Shown here: positions 1-10,830 of the stretch, in pieces
Layout: every line of letters begins with the position of its first letter
How positions within the stretch are numbered: the stretch's first letter is position 1
Assembly: GCF_036507355.1 (NCBI RefSeq)
Contig: NZ_AP027877.1
Origin: Escherichia coli
GTDB taxonomy: Bacteria > Pseudomonadota > Gammaproteobacteria > Enterobacterales > Enterobacteriaceae
Strand: one strand, 5' to 3'
Length of the DNA stretch: 64,000 nucleotides
Notes under the pieces: model-generated
Databases searched by the model: none
What the model saw: the letters and a program-made list of their open reading frames with translations, nothing else
What the model was told of the DNA's origin: nothing
Program-made: the position numbers and the translations under genes

Positions 1-1
1 G

Positions 2-175
2 TTCGATTTTTCTGACACGCCCTATACCGAAGAACAGATTGAATCCTTCAGAAACTGGCCCTCCCTGGGCCGAGGCAACCATCGTAAATCCGCGTTCAAT
101 GTTGCGTATTTCTTTGTGGAAAAACGCAGCCCGCTGACACCCAGGAAAATCACCAGAAATATCCGCATCCGTTAA
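2..175 (+). CDS. 3' end of an unidentified CDS (57 codons; start lies outside the window)
   Basis: The frame is open from the window edge to TAA at 173-175 (...NVAYFFVEKRSPLTPRKITRNIRIR*). I recognise no motif. Confidence 0.25.
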   Translation, partial: FDFSDTPYTEEQIESFRNWPSLGRGNHRKSAFNVAYFFVEKRSPLTPRKITRNIRIR

Positions 176-228
176 CGGTAGCGCGCATAACGGATAATGA
201 AAACGTCAATGAAAGGAGATCACCGAAG

Positions 229-747
229 ATGAGGAAAACCGCTGCCATGTTGCTTCTGGCATTTTCAGGTTGTGCCGGGGCAAAAACACTCCCCGCAGAA
301 AATTTGCAGGGGCTGTATGAGGCTTATGCCACCCTGAATACCTGCCACCAGTATGGTTACACTGGCGATGAGGCCTTAACTGCACTGGACAAACTTATCC
401 GCAGCAATCGCTATCAGGATAATAGCGGCAACATCATGACATTAATGAAGGACAATATTAACTATTACCATTCCCTTCAGGACCGCTTTATTCTTGAGCA
501 GCAATTCAAAAGCGAAGGAATAAACCAGAGCGGTATCCGGCTCCAGATAAAAACCCTCTGCGACCAGATGAACGCCGCTGTTGGTGGGAAGTTGGGTGTG
601 AAAACCCGTGTTATTTCACCGGATGACCTTCCCACCAGCGCAAAACCTGTTTTTGACAAACCGGTCACTAACAGTGCCCCGGCAATTCCGGAAGACCGAC
701 CGATGACATGGGACAACAGTCCGGTCCAGGGTATTCCGGTTCAGTGA
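229..747 (+). CDS. Hypothetical lipoprotein (172 aa)
   Basis: The N-terminus MRKTAAMLLLAFSGC carries a lipobox (LAFSG-C). AAGGAG lies ~10 nt upstream of the ATG. The C-terminal third is proline-rich. Confidence 0.6.
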   Translation: MRKTAAMLLLAFSGCAGAKTLPAENLQGLYEAYATLNTCHQYGYTGDEALTALDKLIRSNRYQDNSGNIMTLMKDNINYYHSLQDRFILEQQFKSEGINQSGIRLQIKTLCDQMNAAVGGKLGVKTRVISPDDLPTSAKPVFDKPVTNSAPAIPEDRPMTWDNSPVQGIPVQ

Positions 748-758
748 GGGGTAACACC

Positions 759-1073
759 ATGAAGAAGCATATTATTACCGCACTGCTCATCACAACAGTA
801 TCCGCTCCGGCGCTGGCAGCGTACCCGGTAAGCCAGCCTGCTCAGGCCGCAGAAGTGATGGTCAGTATATGCCAGCAGCAGCGTTCGGGTATGGACAAGA
901 ACCAGGCCATCCGTAAAGTCTATGGCACCGTAAGCGACTGGCCCATAGCTTCAACAACTGAAGTTGCTGCTGCGATGGATGAAGGATGGAATTTTGCTGT
1001 ACAAAATCCAGAGATAAGTTGCGACAGAATTTATCTCATGATGATTGACATGCTGGATGGGAAAAAGGATTGA
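759..1073 (+). CDS. Hypothetical small secreted protein (104 aa)
   Basis: I chose the internal ATG at 759 because GAGGGG lies 7 nt upstream. The Sec-type signal peptide is MKKHIITALLITTVSAPALA/AY. The start sits 12 nt after the stop of the upstream lipoprotein gene (747), so the two are probably co-transcribed. Confidence 0.55.
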   Translation: MKKHIITALLITTVSAPALAAYPVSQPAQAAEVMVSICQQQRSGMDKNQAIRKVYGTVSDWPIASTTEVAAAMDEGWNFAVQNPEISCDRIYLMMIDMLDGKKD

Positions 1074-1379
1074 GAAACCAAGCTTAACTTAAGTTGGCAA
1101 AACTAATCTGCATCAATTAAAATTTTACATAGCAATGTGCCCTCCAGCAGGGCACAATTATTATAAACCGTCTGCTATGAGCTGTGAGTTCAATGGGTCG
1201 ATGCAACGCTATTCTTAAATGAGAAGGACATTGACCGACTACGGTCAATAAAACAGTTTGAAGCAAAATCAGATTGCCTCAGCCCCTATCGTTCAGCATG
1301 ATTTTCCTGGAGAAAAGCGGTTTTGTGGCGGACCTGAACGGGCCGCCAGGTAAAACTCTGCTGCGAGAAAGAGGCCACA

Positions 1380-2144
1380 TCAGGCGGTGTGGTTGCTATC
1401 ATCTTGCATGAGATGGTTGGCTCGAAAGACCATCATCCCTTTTTGTCGAATAGCGTCAATCCACAAATCTGCCATCCACGAGTTGATGCCATAATGCTGG
1501 ATACAACATTCACGTATCAGCCGGTGTTCGTTCGCAATGGTAGTTGGCATCAAGGCGCTGTCATCCGTATTTAAACACACCGCCAGCGGCCCGCTGCGCA
1601 GGCCGTATTGGTTAAATTTTCCGCCGGTCGCCAACCATTCTGGATTAGGTGGATTCCAGCGAAAAAGCGGGTGTTCGTGATATTTCTCAAACCGACCAAT
1701 ATAAATATTTGAGGTTGGGCAGGCTTCAAACACTAAACCAAGACGGCTGTATTTTTCGGTTAGGTAATCCTGAATGGCTTCATACAGCTTAAGCTCCCCC
1801 TGAGAAATGAAATCCTCATCTTCAGACAGGGGCGACAAATAGCTATCAGTATCGTTAGGACAACAGTTAATGCAAATAATCCGGTTGGCGGGCTCCTTTT
1901 CATGCAAACCGCTGTTGAGATAGCGTTGCCATAAACGATAAGCAGTGACATTTTTCACTGACGGCGTATGATCTTCTTGCAACGCATCCCAGTCAGGGGC
2001 CCATTCCAGCCTATTCGCGCTGACGGACTCCAAGTTAGCATAATCAGGCCAATTGCGGCGCAGCAGCCACGCCTGATAAAGTAAGTTAGGCGTATAGATA
2101 TCTTTAAATATCCGCTGCGACCAGTGATGAATTTTATCGCGCAA
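1380..2144 (-). pseudogene. C-terminal fragment (254 codons) of an adenosine/AMP-deaminase-family protein. The N-terminal part was removed at the IS1 junction. Possibly the remnant of a RADAR RdrB-type deaminase.
   Basis: The translation contains the metal-dependent deaminase motifs FEACPTSN (compare ADA hxxCPxSN) and CLNTDDSAL (compare ADA SLNTDDP). The ORF's first codon is 2 nt from the IS1 end at 2147. No N-terminal deaminase motifs (HxH, HAGE) are present. Confidence 0.6.
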
Positions 2145-2201
2145 TTGGTGATGCTGCCAACTTACTGATTTAGTGTATGATGGTGTTTTTGAGGTGCTCC
2201 A

Positions 2202-2477
2202 GTGGCTTCTGTTTCTATCAGCTGTCCCTCCTGTTCAGCTACTGACGGGGTGGTGCGTAACGGCAAAAGCACCGCCGGACATCAGCGCTATCTCTGCTCT
2301 CACTGCCGTAAAACATGGCAACTGCAGTTCACTTACACCGCTTCTCAACCCGGTACGCACCAGAAAATCATTGATATGGCCATGAATGGCGTTGGATGCC
2401 GGGCAACTGCCCGCATTATGGGCGTTGGCCTCAACACGGTTTTACGTCACTTAAAAAACTCAGGCCGCAGTCGGTAA
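2202..2477 (+). CDS. insA: IS1 InsA
   Basis: The 91-aa translation [43 protein letters not shown]... is the canonical IS1 InsA. Confidence 0.95.
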   Translation: MASVSISCPSCSATDGVVRNGKSTAGHQRYLCSHCRKTWQLQFTYTASQPGTHQKIIDMAMNGVGCRATARIMGVGLNTVLRHLKNSGRSR

Positions 2478-2899
2478 CCTCGCGCATACAACCGGGCAGT
2501 GATGTGATTGTCTGCGCTGAAATGGACGAACAGTGGGGCTACGTCGGTGCTAAATCACGTCAGCGCTGGCTGTTTTACGCGTATGACAGGATACGGAGGA
2601 CAGTTGTGGCGCACGTTTTCGGTGAACGCACTCTGGCCACACTGGAGCGTCTTCTGAGCCTGCTGTCGGCCTTTGAGGTCGTGGTATGGATGACGGATGG
2701 CTGGCCGCTGTATGAATCACGCCTGAAGGGAAAGCTGCACGTTATCAGCAAGCGTTACACTCAGCGCATTGAGCGACATAATCTGAATCTGAGACAACAT
2801 CTGGCAAGGCTGGGACGGAAGTCACTGTCGTTCTCAAAATCGGTGGAGCTGCATGACAAGGTCATCGGGCATTATCTGAACATAAAACACTATCAGTAA
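2396..2899 (+). CDS. insB: IS1 InsB' frame (expressed as the InsAB' transposase by -1 frameshift)
   Basis: The translation ...[27 protein letters not shown]...[19 protein letters not shown] matches IS1 InsB from memory. Confidence 0.9.
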   Translation: MPGNCPHYGRWPQHGFTSLKKLRPQSVTSRIQPGSDVIVCAEMDEQWGYVGAKSRQRWLFYAYDRIRRTVVAHVFGERTLATLERLLSLLSAFEVVVWMTDGWPLYESRLKGKLHVISKRYTQRIERHNLNLRQHLARLGRKSLSFSKSVELHDKVIGHYLNIKHYQ

Positions 2900-3069
2900 G
2901 TTGGAGTCACTACCGTAGAAGTTAAATCAGGAAAATCGAAAAAAATGAAACGTTCGGCATTGTCGTCGAGTTCCGCTTAATGACGTATCCATCCCGTTTT
3001 CCCCTTCACGTTTTCATGTTTGATAGAGGGCAAAATTGAGCCCTCTCAATCAAGATAATGAGTGAAAAC

Positions 3070-6000
3070 CTATACCGTCCAGCTGTTCGACACCACTTCA
3101 GCCTGCTTCAGTATCAGTTCAACTGCATAAGGTGTTTTATCTGGCGGATACTTGTACTTACGCAGCGTCTGACGCACCAGAATACGTAACCGCGCACGCA
3201 CGCTTTCTCGCACCTGCCAGTCTACGGTTGTGGACTGGCGCAATTTTAACGTGACTTCGATAGCCAGTTTCTTAAGGACGTCATCACCCAGCTCCCGTAC
3301 CGCACTTTCGTTTTCTGCCAGCGCATCGTAGAACGCGATTTCGTCCGGGTTTAGCCCCAGCGCTTCATCACGCGCCATCGCTTCCTGAAACTCTTTTGCC
3401 ATCTGGATCAGTTCTTCAATCACCTGCGCAGTTTCAATGGCGCGGTTATTGTATTTGAGAAGCACGGCTTTCAGGCGATCTGAGTATTTCTTCTCCTGCA
3501 CCACGTTGTTTTTGGTGCGGGCATGAATGCCGTCGTTCAGCAGTTTCTCCAGCAACTCGACTGCCAGATTACGCTGCGGCAATTCGCGCACTTCTTCCAG
3601 AAACTCGTCTGACAACAATCCAATATTCGGCTTATCCAGACCCGCCAGCGCAAACACATCATCCACGCCCGTCGCAATAATGGCGTTATCGAGGATTTTA
3701 CCGAGTAGCGTATTTTTCTCTGACTGACTGAATTTTTTGTCGGTTGTCGTCAGCTTGATAATCGCCACTTTCACCGCCGACAAAAACGCGATCTCTTTTT
3801 GCAAGGGTTTAGCTTCATCTAACGTACTGCACAGCGACCAGGCTTTGTTCATCGCCAGCACGACATCGAAAAAGCGCTTCTTACCGTCATCAAGGCCCAG
3901 CACATAATCTGCGGCTTTGAGTAAAAACCGTTGGGGCACCTCTGCAAAACCGGTGTAATCAAACCCGGCGGCGGTTGGTGTTTTGGCAAACATTCCATGA
4001 ATCACATCCAGCTTTTCAAGCAGGATGGAGAACGCTTCATGAGCATCGACTGTCGTCTGTCCTTTACCTTTTGAATCGGTATAAGTTTTCAGCGCCTGTT
4101 TCAGTTCATTGGCGATACCGATGTAATCCACCACTAAACCGCCCGGTTTATCTTTGAAGACGCGGTTGACGCGCGCAATGGCCTGCATCAGATTATGCCC
4201 GCGCATCGGTTTGTCGATATACATGGTATGACAACATGGCGCATCAAACCCGGTAAGCCACATATCGCGCACAATCACCAGTTTCAACGGGTCGTTGAGA
4301 TCTTTAAAGCGCGCTTCAAGGCGTTTTTTGGTTTGCTTATTGTAGATGTGCGGCTGAAGGAATTTATTATCGGAGGCTGAGCCGGTCATGATGATTTTGA
4401 TTTCACCTTTCTCGACGTCATCACTGTGCCATTCCGGGCGTAGAGCCACCAGCGCATCATACAGCTTCACGCAGATCTCACGGCTCATGGCAACAATCAT
4501 TGCTTTGCCATTCATTGTGGCGTTACGTGCCTCAAAATGCTGAACCAGATCGGCGGCCACCTCATTGATACGAGGTTCAGAACCAACCAGTTTTTCCAGA
4601 CGGCTCCAGTCACTTTTGGTTTTCTCTTTCTGATCGGTCTCTTCATCTTCGACCAGCTCATCCACCTGATTAGACAGCGTTTCCAGCTCTTCGTGGTTGA
4701 GGTCGAGTTTTGCCAGGCGCGATTCATAGTAGATAGGCACGGTTGCGCCATCTTCCACCGCATCCTGTATATCGTAGATAGAGACGTAATCACCAAACAC
4801 CGCGCGGGTGTCTTTATCTTCGGAAGAAACCGGTGTTCCGGTAAAGCCCATAAACGACGCATTGGGTAACGCATCGCGCATATGTTTGGCGTAACCGTAT
4901 TTATAAGCGCCAGTCTCCCGGTTCAGCGTGGCGCTAAGACCATACTGGCTGCGGTGCGCTTCATCGGAAATGACGACGATATTGCTGCGCAGGTTTAGCG
5001 CCGGGTGAGTCTGTTCGCCATCAAGCGGGGCAAATTTTTGTACGGTGGTAAAAATAATCCCGCCTGATTCACGGACATTGAGCATCTCGCGGAGCTGGTC
5101 GCGATCGTTTGCCTGTAACGGTTCCTGCTTAAGCAAATCCTGTGCCTGGCAGAAGGTGGCATACAGTTGGCCGTCGAGATCGTTACGGTCGGTCACCACC
5201 ACGATGGTCGGGTTGTTCATTTCCGCTTGTTGTAGCAGTTTTCCGGCGTAACAACACATCGAGATACTCTTACCGGAACCCTGCGTATGCCACACCACAC
5301 CGGCTTTTTTACTGCCTGGCGTGATGTTGCTGCGCAGCGGCAAGTGTTTACCGGTAGAGGCCACAATCGTCGCCGTCACCGCTTCACGTACTGCGTGGAA
5401 TTGGTGGTAAGCGGCAATCTTTTTAATCAGTCGTTTGCCGTCGCTTTCAAACAGGATGAAGTAACGAATGTAGTCGAGCAGCAGTTCGCGGTTAAAGAAC
5501 CCTTTTACTACCGTTTCAAGCTGCCATTCAAACAGCGGTTTGTCGTCTTCATTAGACAGCGTTTTCCACGGCAAGAAGCGCTCTTCGTTCGCGGTGAGAG
5601 AGCCAATACGGGCGTTGTAGCCATCGCTGACCACCAGCGCTTCGTTGCAGATGAACAGATCGCTGAGTTCGTTTTTATAGGTCTGCAACTGATTAAATGC
5701 CGCCCAGATATCGGCATTAGCATCAATCGGGCTTTTCAGCTCAATCACTACTACTGGCAATCCGTTGATATAGCAGATAACGTCCGGGCGACGTACCTGC
5801 TTCGTTCCCTGGATGGCCACCTGATTCACCACCGTAAAGTGGTTATTATTTGGGTGGTTAAAATCCATCAGTAGCGCTTTGTCGTGGATAACTTTGTCAT
5901 CCTGCTTGTACTGCACCGGCACGCCGTCGAGCAGCAGGTGATGGAAGGCTTTGTTACTGACGACCAGATCCGGGCTTTGCGCATGGGCGATACGCAGTAT

Positions 6001-6204
6001 CACCTCATCCAGCACGGCAACCGGGAGATGTGGGTTAATCTTTTGCAACTGCTCCAGTAGCACCGGGCGCAAAAACACATCGTGGAACGACGCACGCAGC
6101 GGATTGTTGCCATCTGGCGCAATATCCGGCCCGTGCAATACTTCCCAGCCCAGTTCAGCAAACCATTGCAGGCTTTGCTGTTCTAAATCGTCTTCGCTCA
6201 GCAT
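3070..6204 (-). CDS. hsdR: Type I restriction enzyme R subunit (1044 aa)
   Basis: It has Walker A (WHTQGSGKS), a DEAH box ([13 protein letters not shown]) and a long helicase core. It is the last gene of the hsdM-hsdS-X-hsdR operon. Its ATG overlaps the upstream stop (cTGATGc). Confidence 0.95.
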   Translation of the reverse strand: MLSEDDLEQQSLQWFAELGWEVLHGPDIAPDGNNPLRASFHDVFLRPVLLEQLQKINPHLPVAVLDEVILRIAHAQSPDLVVSNKAFHHLLLDGVPVQYKQDDKVIHDKALLMDFNHPNNNHFTVVNQVAIQGTKQVRRPDVICYINGLPVVVIELKSPIDANADIWAAFNQLQTYKNELSDLFICNEALVVSDGYNARIGSLTANEERFLPWKTLSNEDDKPLFEWQLETVVKGFFNRELLLDYIRYFILFESDGKRLIKKIAAYHQFHAVREAVTATIVASTGKHLPLRSNITPGSKKAGVVWHTQGSGKSISMCCYAGKLLQQAEMNNPTIVVVTDRNDLDGQLYATFCQAQDLLKQEPLQANDRDQLREMLNVRESGGIIFTTVQKFAPLDGEQTHPALNLRSNIVVISDEAHRSQYGLSATLNRETGAYKYGYAKHMRDALPNASFMGFTGTPVSSEDKDTRAVFGDYVSIYDIQDAVEDGATVPIYYESRLAKLDLNHEELETLSNQVDELVEDEETDQKEKTKSDWSRLEKLVGSEPRINEVAADLVQHFEARNATMNGKAMIVAMSREICVKLYDALVALRPEWHSDDVEKGEIKIIMTGSASDNKFLQPHIYNKQTKKRLEARFKDLNDPLKLVIVRDMWLTGFDAPCCHTMYIDKPMRGHNLMQAIARVNRVFKDKPGGLVVDYIGIANELKQALKTYTDSKGKGQTTVDAHEAFSILLEKLDVIHGMFAKTPTAAGFDYTGFAEVPQRFLLKAADYVLGLDDGKKRFFDVVLAMNKAWSLCSTLDEAKPLQKEIAFLSAVKVAIIKLTTTDKKFSQSEKNTLLGKILDNAIIATGVDDVFALAGLDKPNIGLLSDEFLEEVRELPQRNLAVELLEKLLNDGIHARTKNNVVQEKKYSDRLKAVLLKYNNRAIETAQVIEELIQMAKEFQEAMARDEALGLNPDEIAFYDALAENESAVRELGDDVLKKLAIEVTLKLRQSTTVDWQVRESVRARLRILVRQTLRKYKYPPDKTPYAVELILKQAEVVSNSWTV

Positions 6205-7391
6205 CAGGTTTCCTCTGTCTCGGTTTCTTCCATTTCTTCGGGCACGTTTGAAATCTCTTTGAGCGCCATATTCAGTGGGGCAATAAAGGGATCTAACGCT
6301 TTTTCAAATGCCGTCAGGTTTACCAGTAGCCAGTCGATCATTTCAGGCCAGTTGGCTTCATCAAGGCTGATGGCCGGGCTGGCATAGGAAATTCGACACG
6401 ATTTTTTACCCGGCAGAGGTTCCCACTTAAGCGCATGGCCAAACGCGTTTTCAATTGCCTCTTTGCGTTCATGTAGCCAGTTAAAAGCAAAGGTATTGCT
6501 CTCTGCGGAAGCTTTGGCAATCCACAGCTCAACCCGAATCTCTTTTTTACTGAAAATCAGGTTATACGACACCGCGCTAATACCAGAGCCCGCACTGATC
6601 CAGTGATCGGTAGAGGGGCTGATATTGTTATATAAGTGGCAGGAGCTGGCTTTGAGGCGCTCCAGCATCTTTGTCCAGAAAGCTTTACGCATTAATTGGA
6701 CTGGCTTTACTCCGCCGCTGACGGATTGTTCTTCCGCCTCTTTTTGCGCCATACCGATCATGTAAGATTCTGCTTCCGGTGTGGGGATAACCTGACGGAT
6801 ATCAACGAATACATCGTCGTTGAACTTATAGGGTTTAACCTTAAAGCACTGTACCCGCAGACCAAATTGCATGAGCCACAGGGCAGTGTTGGTCACCTCT
6901 TTGCGAAAGTTGGCTGCGACCATGATGATTCGCTGTGTACGGCTCTGGTTGATTAAGGCTTCATCCAGCGTTTCATATTCGAGGAATTCAGCAAGCACCT
7001 CTGCCGCCGGGCGATTTTCCTCTGGGTCGTATTTATCCAGATAAAGCTGGAAGATCTGCAGAATTTGCTCTTTACGCAGGTTGGCGCAATACCCGGCATA
7101 TTTGAGCGCTTGCCAGACGACGTCGCGACCTGAATCATCGAGCTTATTCTCGATGATCACCAGATTGCCTTTTTTATCGATAGCCAGCAGGTCAAGGCGC
7201 TCTTTGGTGTCGTCAAAACCGGCGAACTCTTTCTGTATAATCAGTAGTTCATCGTCATTATCGCGAGTTAACGCTTGGGGATTCTGCGCCAGCCATTCCT
7301 GCAGATTGCCACGTTCGGTAAAACCAAGACTACTGAAAGAGACTTCCTGTAGGGAGTGTAAGCTGTTAGTCGGCGTATCAACTTTATACAT
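6204..7391 (-). CDS. 395-aa protein embedded in the type I R-M operon. It has an N-terminal PD-(D/E)xK (NucS/DUF91-like) motif and a C-terminal region reminiscent of DUF4268.
   Basis: The start at 7391 (MYKVDTP...) overlaps the hsdS stop (ATGTATAA). The motif [21 protein letters not shown] gives D...ExK. There is no P-loop. The stop overlaps the hsdR start. Confidence 0.7.
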   Translation of the reverse strand: MYKVDTPTNSLHSLQEVSFSSLGFTERGNLQEWLAQNPQALTRDNDDELLIIQKEFAGFDDTKERLDLLAIDKKGNLVIIENKLDDSGRDVVWQALKYAGYCANLRKEQILQIFQLYLDKYDPEENRPAAEVLAEFLEYETLDEALINQSRTQRIIMVAANFRKEVTNTALWLMQFGLRVQCFKVKPYKFNDDVFVDIRQVIPTPEAESYMIGMAQKEAEEQSVSGGVKPVQLMRKAFWTKMLERLKASSCHLYNNISPSTDHWISAGSGISAVSYNLIFSKKEIRVELWIAKASAESNTFAFNWLHERKEAIENAFGHALKWEPLPGKKSCRISYASPAISLDEANWPEMIDWLLVNLTAFEKALDPFIAPLNMALKEISNVPEEMEETETEET

Positions 7392-8769
7392 TTTCCACCT
7401 CACTGACTGCCTGTTCTGCTTCCTGCAGGGTAATTTCACCCGAGAGAAGTTTGGGGAGAAGGGTGTCGCGGAGTTGGGTTAGTGATTCAGTTTGTACACT
7501 GAGCGATTTAATCTCATTAAATAAATGTGTACATTTGGCATGAAATAACTCCAATACTTTAGCATCAGGCTGAGCGATTTTAATTCCTGAGAAAGTAGAC
7601 GTATTGACATTTAAAGTTGCACTACCTGCGCTACCTAAAATGTGAAGATGATCTTTCAATCCCAACATACAAAAATAAAGATAATAGAGTAAGGAACTCT
7701 TATGAGGTGTAACAGAATTTATTTGCTGATTGGTATGAGATGGTTCATTGGTGATAGAAACAACACCAATAGTAGCTATACAACTAACACAGATAGAATT
7801 TGCGGGTACAAGTTTTTTTAGTTGCGACTTTGAACCGGCTTCGCTTAAATATTCATTAGTTTTAAGCACAAAAAGTTGCCCATGCATATCTGGTATCTTT
7901 ATGAATGGAACATCACTACCGTAATACTCTGGTTCTTTTTTTGACGGAGTTTTGCCACAAGTAACCTTCCCCATCTCACTAATTGACGCCACCCCCCATC
8001 CTTTAGGAATCGCCCCTAACTCACTGTCCTGCATCGCTGCCGGAAACAGTTCTGCCGTGGCTTTTAACTCGGCATATTGCTCAGGGTGTTCACGCTCAAA
8101 AACCGCCAGCGCATCCGCATCTTTCCCAGAAATGGCGGTCATGGCGGCAAGTGTTGCGTCTGCCTGCGAACCGCCCGCATCCAGTACTGCCATTTTGGCT
8201 TTTACGGGGTCAAAATCAACAAACCAACTTTTGAACAGGGCTTGTGCCATTTGTTCGAGGGTTTGGTTGATGCGATTATTACTATCAATTTTTTTACTTA
8301 ACGTAAAAATTAGCTTTGTACATCTTTTTTGATATTTTAAAGAAGGAATCTTTATTTTGTAGCTCAGCATGGCCCCTTTATCACCTCGAGGCATTTTTGC
8401 GCCCTTGGATGTAAGATGGCTATAATTAATAAAATCATCACTGCTTAAAATCAAATGTAAATATTCACTTGTGAGTTTTTCATGTGTAGTCCTAAATACT
8501 AGCACATCAGGAGAAACACCTCCGTAAAATGTGGCAAACCATACTTTTTTAAAGTACGTTCGAATATTAGAAAATAAAGTATCACCTATTTCAAAAGAAT
8601 TAAATTTGTTGACATCAGGGATGCCTGATGAAATAGTTACACCCTGACGGTCAGGCAACATATTTTCCGTGGAAATATAATTAGTAACATCTATAATAGA
8701 TGCATCACATTTTTTTGTGACTATCTCTACAAAGTTACCTAACTCAGTTTCGATGAACTCAAAACTCAT
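7384..8769 (-). CDS. hsdS: Type I R-M specificity subunit (461 aa)
   Basis: The start MSFEFIETELGNF at 8769 overlaps the hsdM end by 11 nt. Two variable target-recognition regions are separated by conserved helical spacers (LEQMAQALFKSWFVDFDPV ... LTQLRDTLLPKLLSGEI). Confidence 0.9.
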   Translation of the reverse strand: MSFEFIETELGNFVEIVTKKCDASIIDVTNYISTENMLPDRQGVTISSGIPDVNKFNSFEIGDTLFSNIRTYFKKVWFATFYGGVSPDVLVFRTTHEKLTSEYLHLILSSDDFINYSHLTSKGAKMPRGDKGAMLSYKIKIPSLKYQKRCTKLIFTLSKKIDSNNRINQTLEQMAQALFKSWFVDFDPVKAKMAVLDAGGSQADATLAAMTAISGKDADALAVFEREHPEQYAELKATAELFPAAMQDSELGAIPKGWGVASISEMGKVTCGKTPSKKEPEYYGSDVPFIKIPDMHGQLFVLKTNEYLSEAGSKSQLKKLVPANSICVSCIATIGVVSITNEPSHTNQQINSVTPHKSSLLYYLYFCMLGLKDHLHILGSAGSATLNVNTSTFSGIKIAQPDAKVLELFHAKCTHLFNEIKSLSVQTESLTQLRDTLLPKLLSGEITLQEAEQAVSEVENV

Positions 8770-10468
8770 AACCCAGCCCCCCCAGATTCGCCTTAATCTG
8801 CGCTTCCAACTTCGCGCTCTCTTCAAGCTGATCTTTAAGCTGCGCCGTCAGGCGCGCCATCTTCTCGGCAAACGGTTCATCATCTTCAGCTTGCTCGGCG
8901 GCACCAACGTAGCGCCCAGGGGTCAGCACAAAGTCGTTTTTCTGGATATCCTCCAGCGTTGCTGAGAAGCAGAATCCGGCTTCGTCTTCGTAGTCTTTAT
9001 CCGTCTGCCAGGCGTGGAAGGTATCGGCAATTCTGGCGATATCTTCGCGGGTAAAGTCGCGCAACACGCGATCTTTCATATAACCAATCTGGCGCGCGTC
9101 GATAAACAGCACTTCACCTTTACGGTGCGCTTTGCCGTTGCCACCGGATTTATCTTTGGTCAGGAACCAGATACAGGCTGGGATTTGGGTGTTGGTAAAC
9201 AGTTGCCCTGGCAGCGCCACCATACATTCCACCAGATCCGCTTCAATCAGGTTGCGGCGGATCTCGCCTTCATTGTTAGTGTTGGAACTCATCGAACCGT
9301 TCGCCAGCAGCAGCGCCATCGAACCTTTTGGCGCGAGGTGGTGGATCATGTGCTGCATCCACGCAAAGTTGGCGTTGCCCTGCGGCGGTGTGCCGTATTT
9401 CCAGCGCACGTCGTTTTCCAGCTTCGCGTTCCACCACTCCTTCATGTTGAACGGCGGGTTTGCCATCACGAAGTCAGCGCGCAGATCCGGGTGCTGGTCG
9501 TCTAGCAGGGTGTCGGCGTTTTTGGCACCAAAGTTAAAGTCGATACCGCGGATCGCCATGTTCATCGCCGCCAGCTTCCAGGTGGTCGGATTCGACTCCT
9601 GGCCGTAAACGGAAATATTGCGCTTCTGCTCAGCGGCGTTGTAATTCTTTTCGCCCGCGTGCTCTTCAATGAAACGGTCGCTGGAAACGAAGAACCCGCC
9701 GGAACCCATTGCCGGGTCATACACCCGCCCGTTGTACGGTTGCAGCATTTCGACAATCAGGGTCACGATGCTTTTTGGCGTGTAGTACTGACCTCCCTGT
9801 TTACCTTCCGCCAGCGCGAATTGCCCCAGGAAATATTCGTAAACGTGGCCGAGAATATCTTTGCTCTTTAAGCTGAGTTTCTCGCCGTTATATTCCGGGT
9901 TGCTGAAGTTTGCGTCAGAGAAGGTATTAATCAGCCCGGTCAGCACCTCGTTACTCAGTTGATACTGGCTGATGCGATTCAGAATACCTTTCAGTTTCGG
10001 GTTGGTTTTTTCGATTTCATCCAGCGCGTTATCCACCAGCCAGGAGACAGAGCGCAGCGTCACATCCTTGCCGGTGGTTTCATCCACCCACAGCACGGTG
10101 CCGGTCGGCAACATGGCTTTGTTTTTCAGCGTGTCCCAGCGCGCGGCTTTTGGCACCCAGAAGATGTTCTTTTCGGTGTAGTAATCTTCAACTTCCAGCT
10201 CTTCCTGGATAGCCTGAGCGTATTCTTCGTCGGAACCGTAATCATCGCGCGACATGGCGTAGATGTTGTCGGGATTACCGACATCGCGGAACAGGGTCGT
10301 CAGCTCCTGCTGACGCGCCTCGAAGGCATCAGAAACATACTTCAGGAAGATTAGCCCCAGCACCACATGCTTGTAGTTGGCGGCATCCATATTGGCGCGC
10401 AGTTTGTCGGCGGCCTTCCAGAATTTGTTATCCAGCTCGTTCAGAAATAGCTGTTCAGCGTTGTTCAT
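8759..10468 (-). CDS. hsdM: Type I R-M N6-adenine DNA methyltransferase subunit (569 aa)
   Basis: The start is MNNAEQLFLNELDNKFWKAADKLRANMDAANYKHVVLGLIFLKYVSDAF. The AdoMet motif is VYDPAMGSGGFF and the catalytic motif is VMANPPFN. Confidence 0.95.
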   Translation of the reverse strand: MNNAEQLFLNELDNKFWKAADKLRANMDAANYKHVVLGLIFLKYVSDAFEARQQELTTLFRDVGNPDNIYAMSRDDYGSDEEYAQAIQEELEVEDYYTEKNIFWVPKAARWDTLKNKAMLPTGTVLWVDETTGKDVTLRSVSWLVDNALDEIEKTNPKLKGILNRISQYQLSNEVLTGLINTFSDANFSNPEYNGEKLSLKSKDILGHVYEYFLGQFALAEGKQGGQYYTPKSIVTLIVEMLQPYNGRVYDPAMGSGGFFVSSDRFIEEHAGEKNYNAAEQKRNISVYGQESNPTTWKLAAMNMAIRGIDFNFGAKNADTLLDDQHPDLRADFVMANPPFNMKEWWNAKLENDVRWKYGTPPQGNANFAWMQHMIHHLAPKGSMALLLANGSMSSNTNNEGEIRRNLIEADLVECMVALPGQLFTNTQIPACIWFLTKDKSGGNGKAHRKGEVLFIDARQIGYMKDRVLRDFTREDIARIADTFHAWQTDKDYEDEAGFCFSATLEDIQKNDFVLTPGRYVGAAEQAEDDEPFAEKMARLTAQLKDQLEESAKLEAQIKANLGGLGYEF

Positions 10469-10830
10469 GTAAATCCTCGGGGTAGATCGCAGCGAAAGAG
10501 CAACCATGCCTTATCGCAAATTCAGTTTTGGAATGCAGTTCGCAAAATGATACCCGGTACACTTACGATTACAAATGCGCGGTATAAAGAAGTTTGCATT
10601 TGATCGGTGAATAATAGGAAACTCAGTCACTGTTTCGTCTGCAAAATCAGCCATTTCGCCTTCATACGTAGTTCTTCGGTTGAATAGTAAGGTCTATCAT
10701 GCTGCATCGAACGGTGATTTTGATGGATGTTGGAAGTGAGTAGCTGTACGTAATTTTTGATTAAAAGTAATCAAAATGTTGCCAATGGTTATGCTATCGT
10801 GTGTTTTTTGAATATATAACAGGTAAAACT

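Larger units (their letters stand above)
2147..2914 (+). mobile_element. IS1 (768 bp), complete
   Basis: The termini GGTGATGCTGCCAACTTACTGAT ... ATCAGTAAGTTGGAGTCACTACC match the IS1 inverted repeats from memory. insA, insB' and the A6C frameshift site (aaaaaac at 2453-2459) are present. The flanking 9-mers differ (cgcgcaatt vs gtagaagtt), so there is no target-site duplication. Confidence 0.95.

Noticed and set aside
6204-7391. Identifying the gene between hsdS and hsdR as the anticodon nuclease PrrC (similar size and identical position)
   Set aside because: PrrC has an N-terminal ABC-type P-loop. This protein has no GxxxxGK[ST] motif and instead shows a PD-(D/E)xK D...ExK signature.
3527-10354. 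Numerous 60-195-aa ORFs antisense to hsdR, hsdS and hsdM (e.g. 5287-5874, 9014-9505, 9959-10354). Similar antisense ORFs lie inside dhaR, dadA, treA, cvrA, the autotransporter and the IS elements.
   Set aside because: All lie entirely within, and opposite to, long ORFs with clear family motifs. They have low-complexity, Arg/Ser/Pro-biased translations and lack SDs. I treat them as frame shadows.
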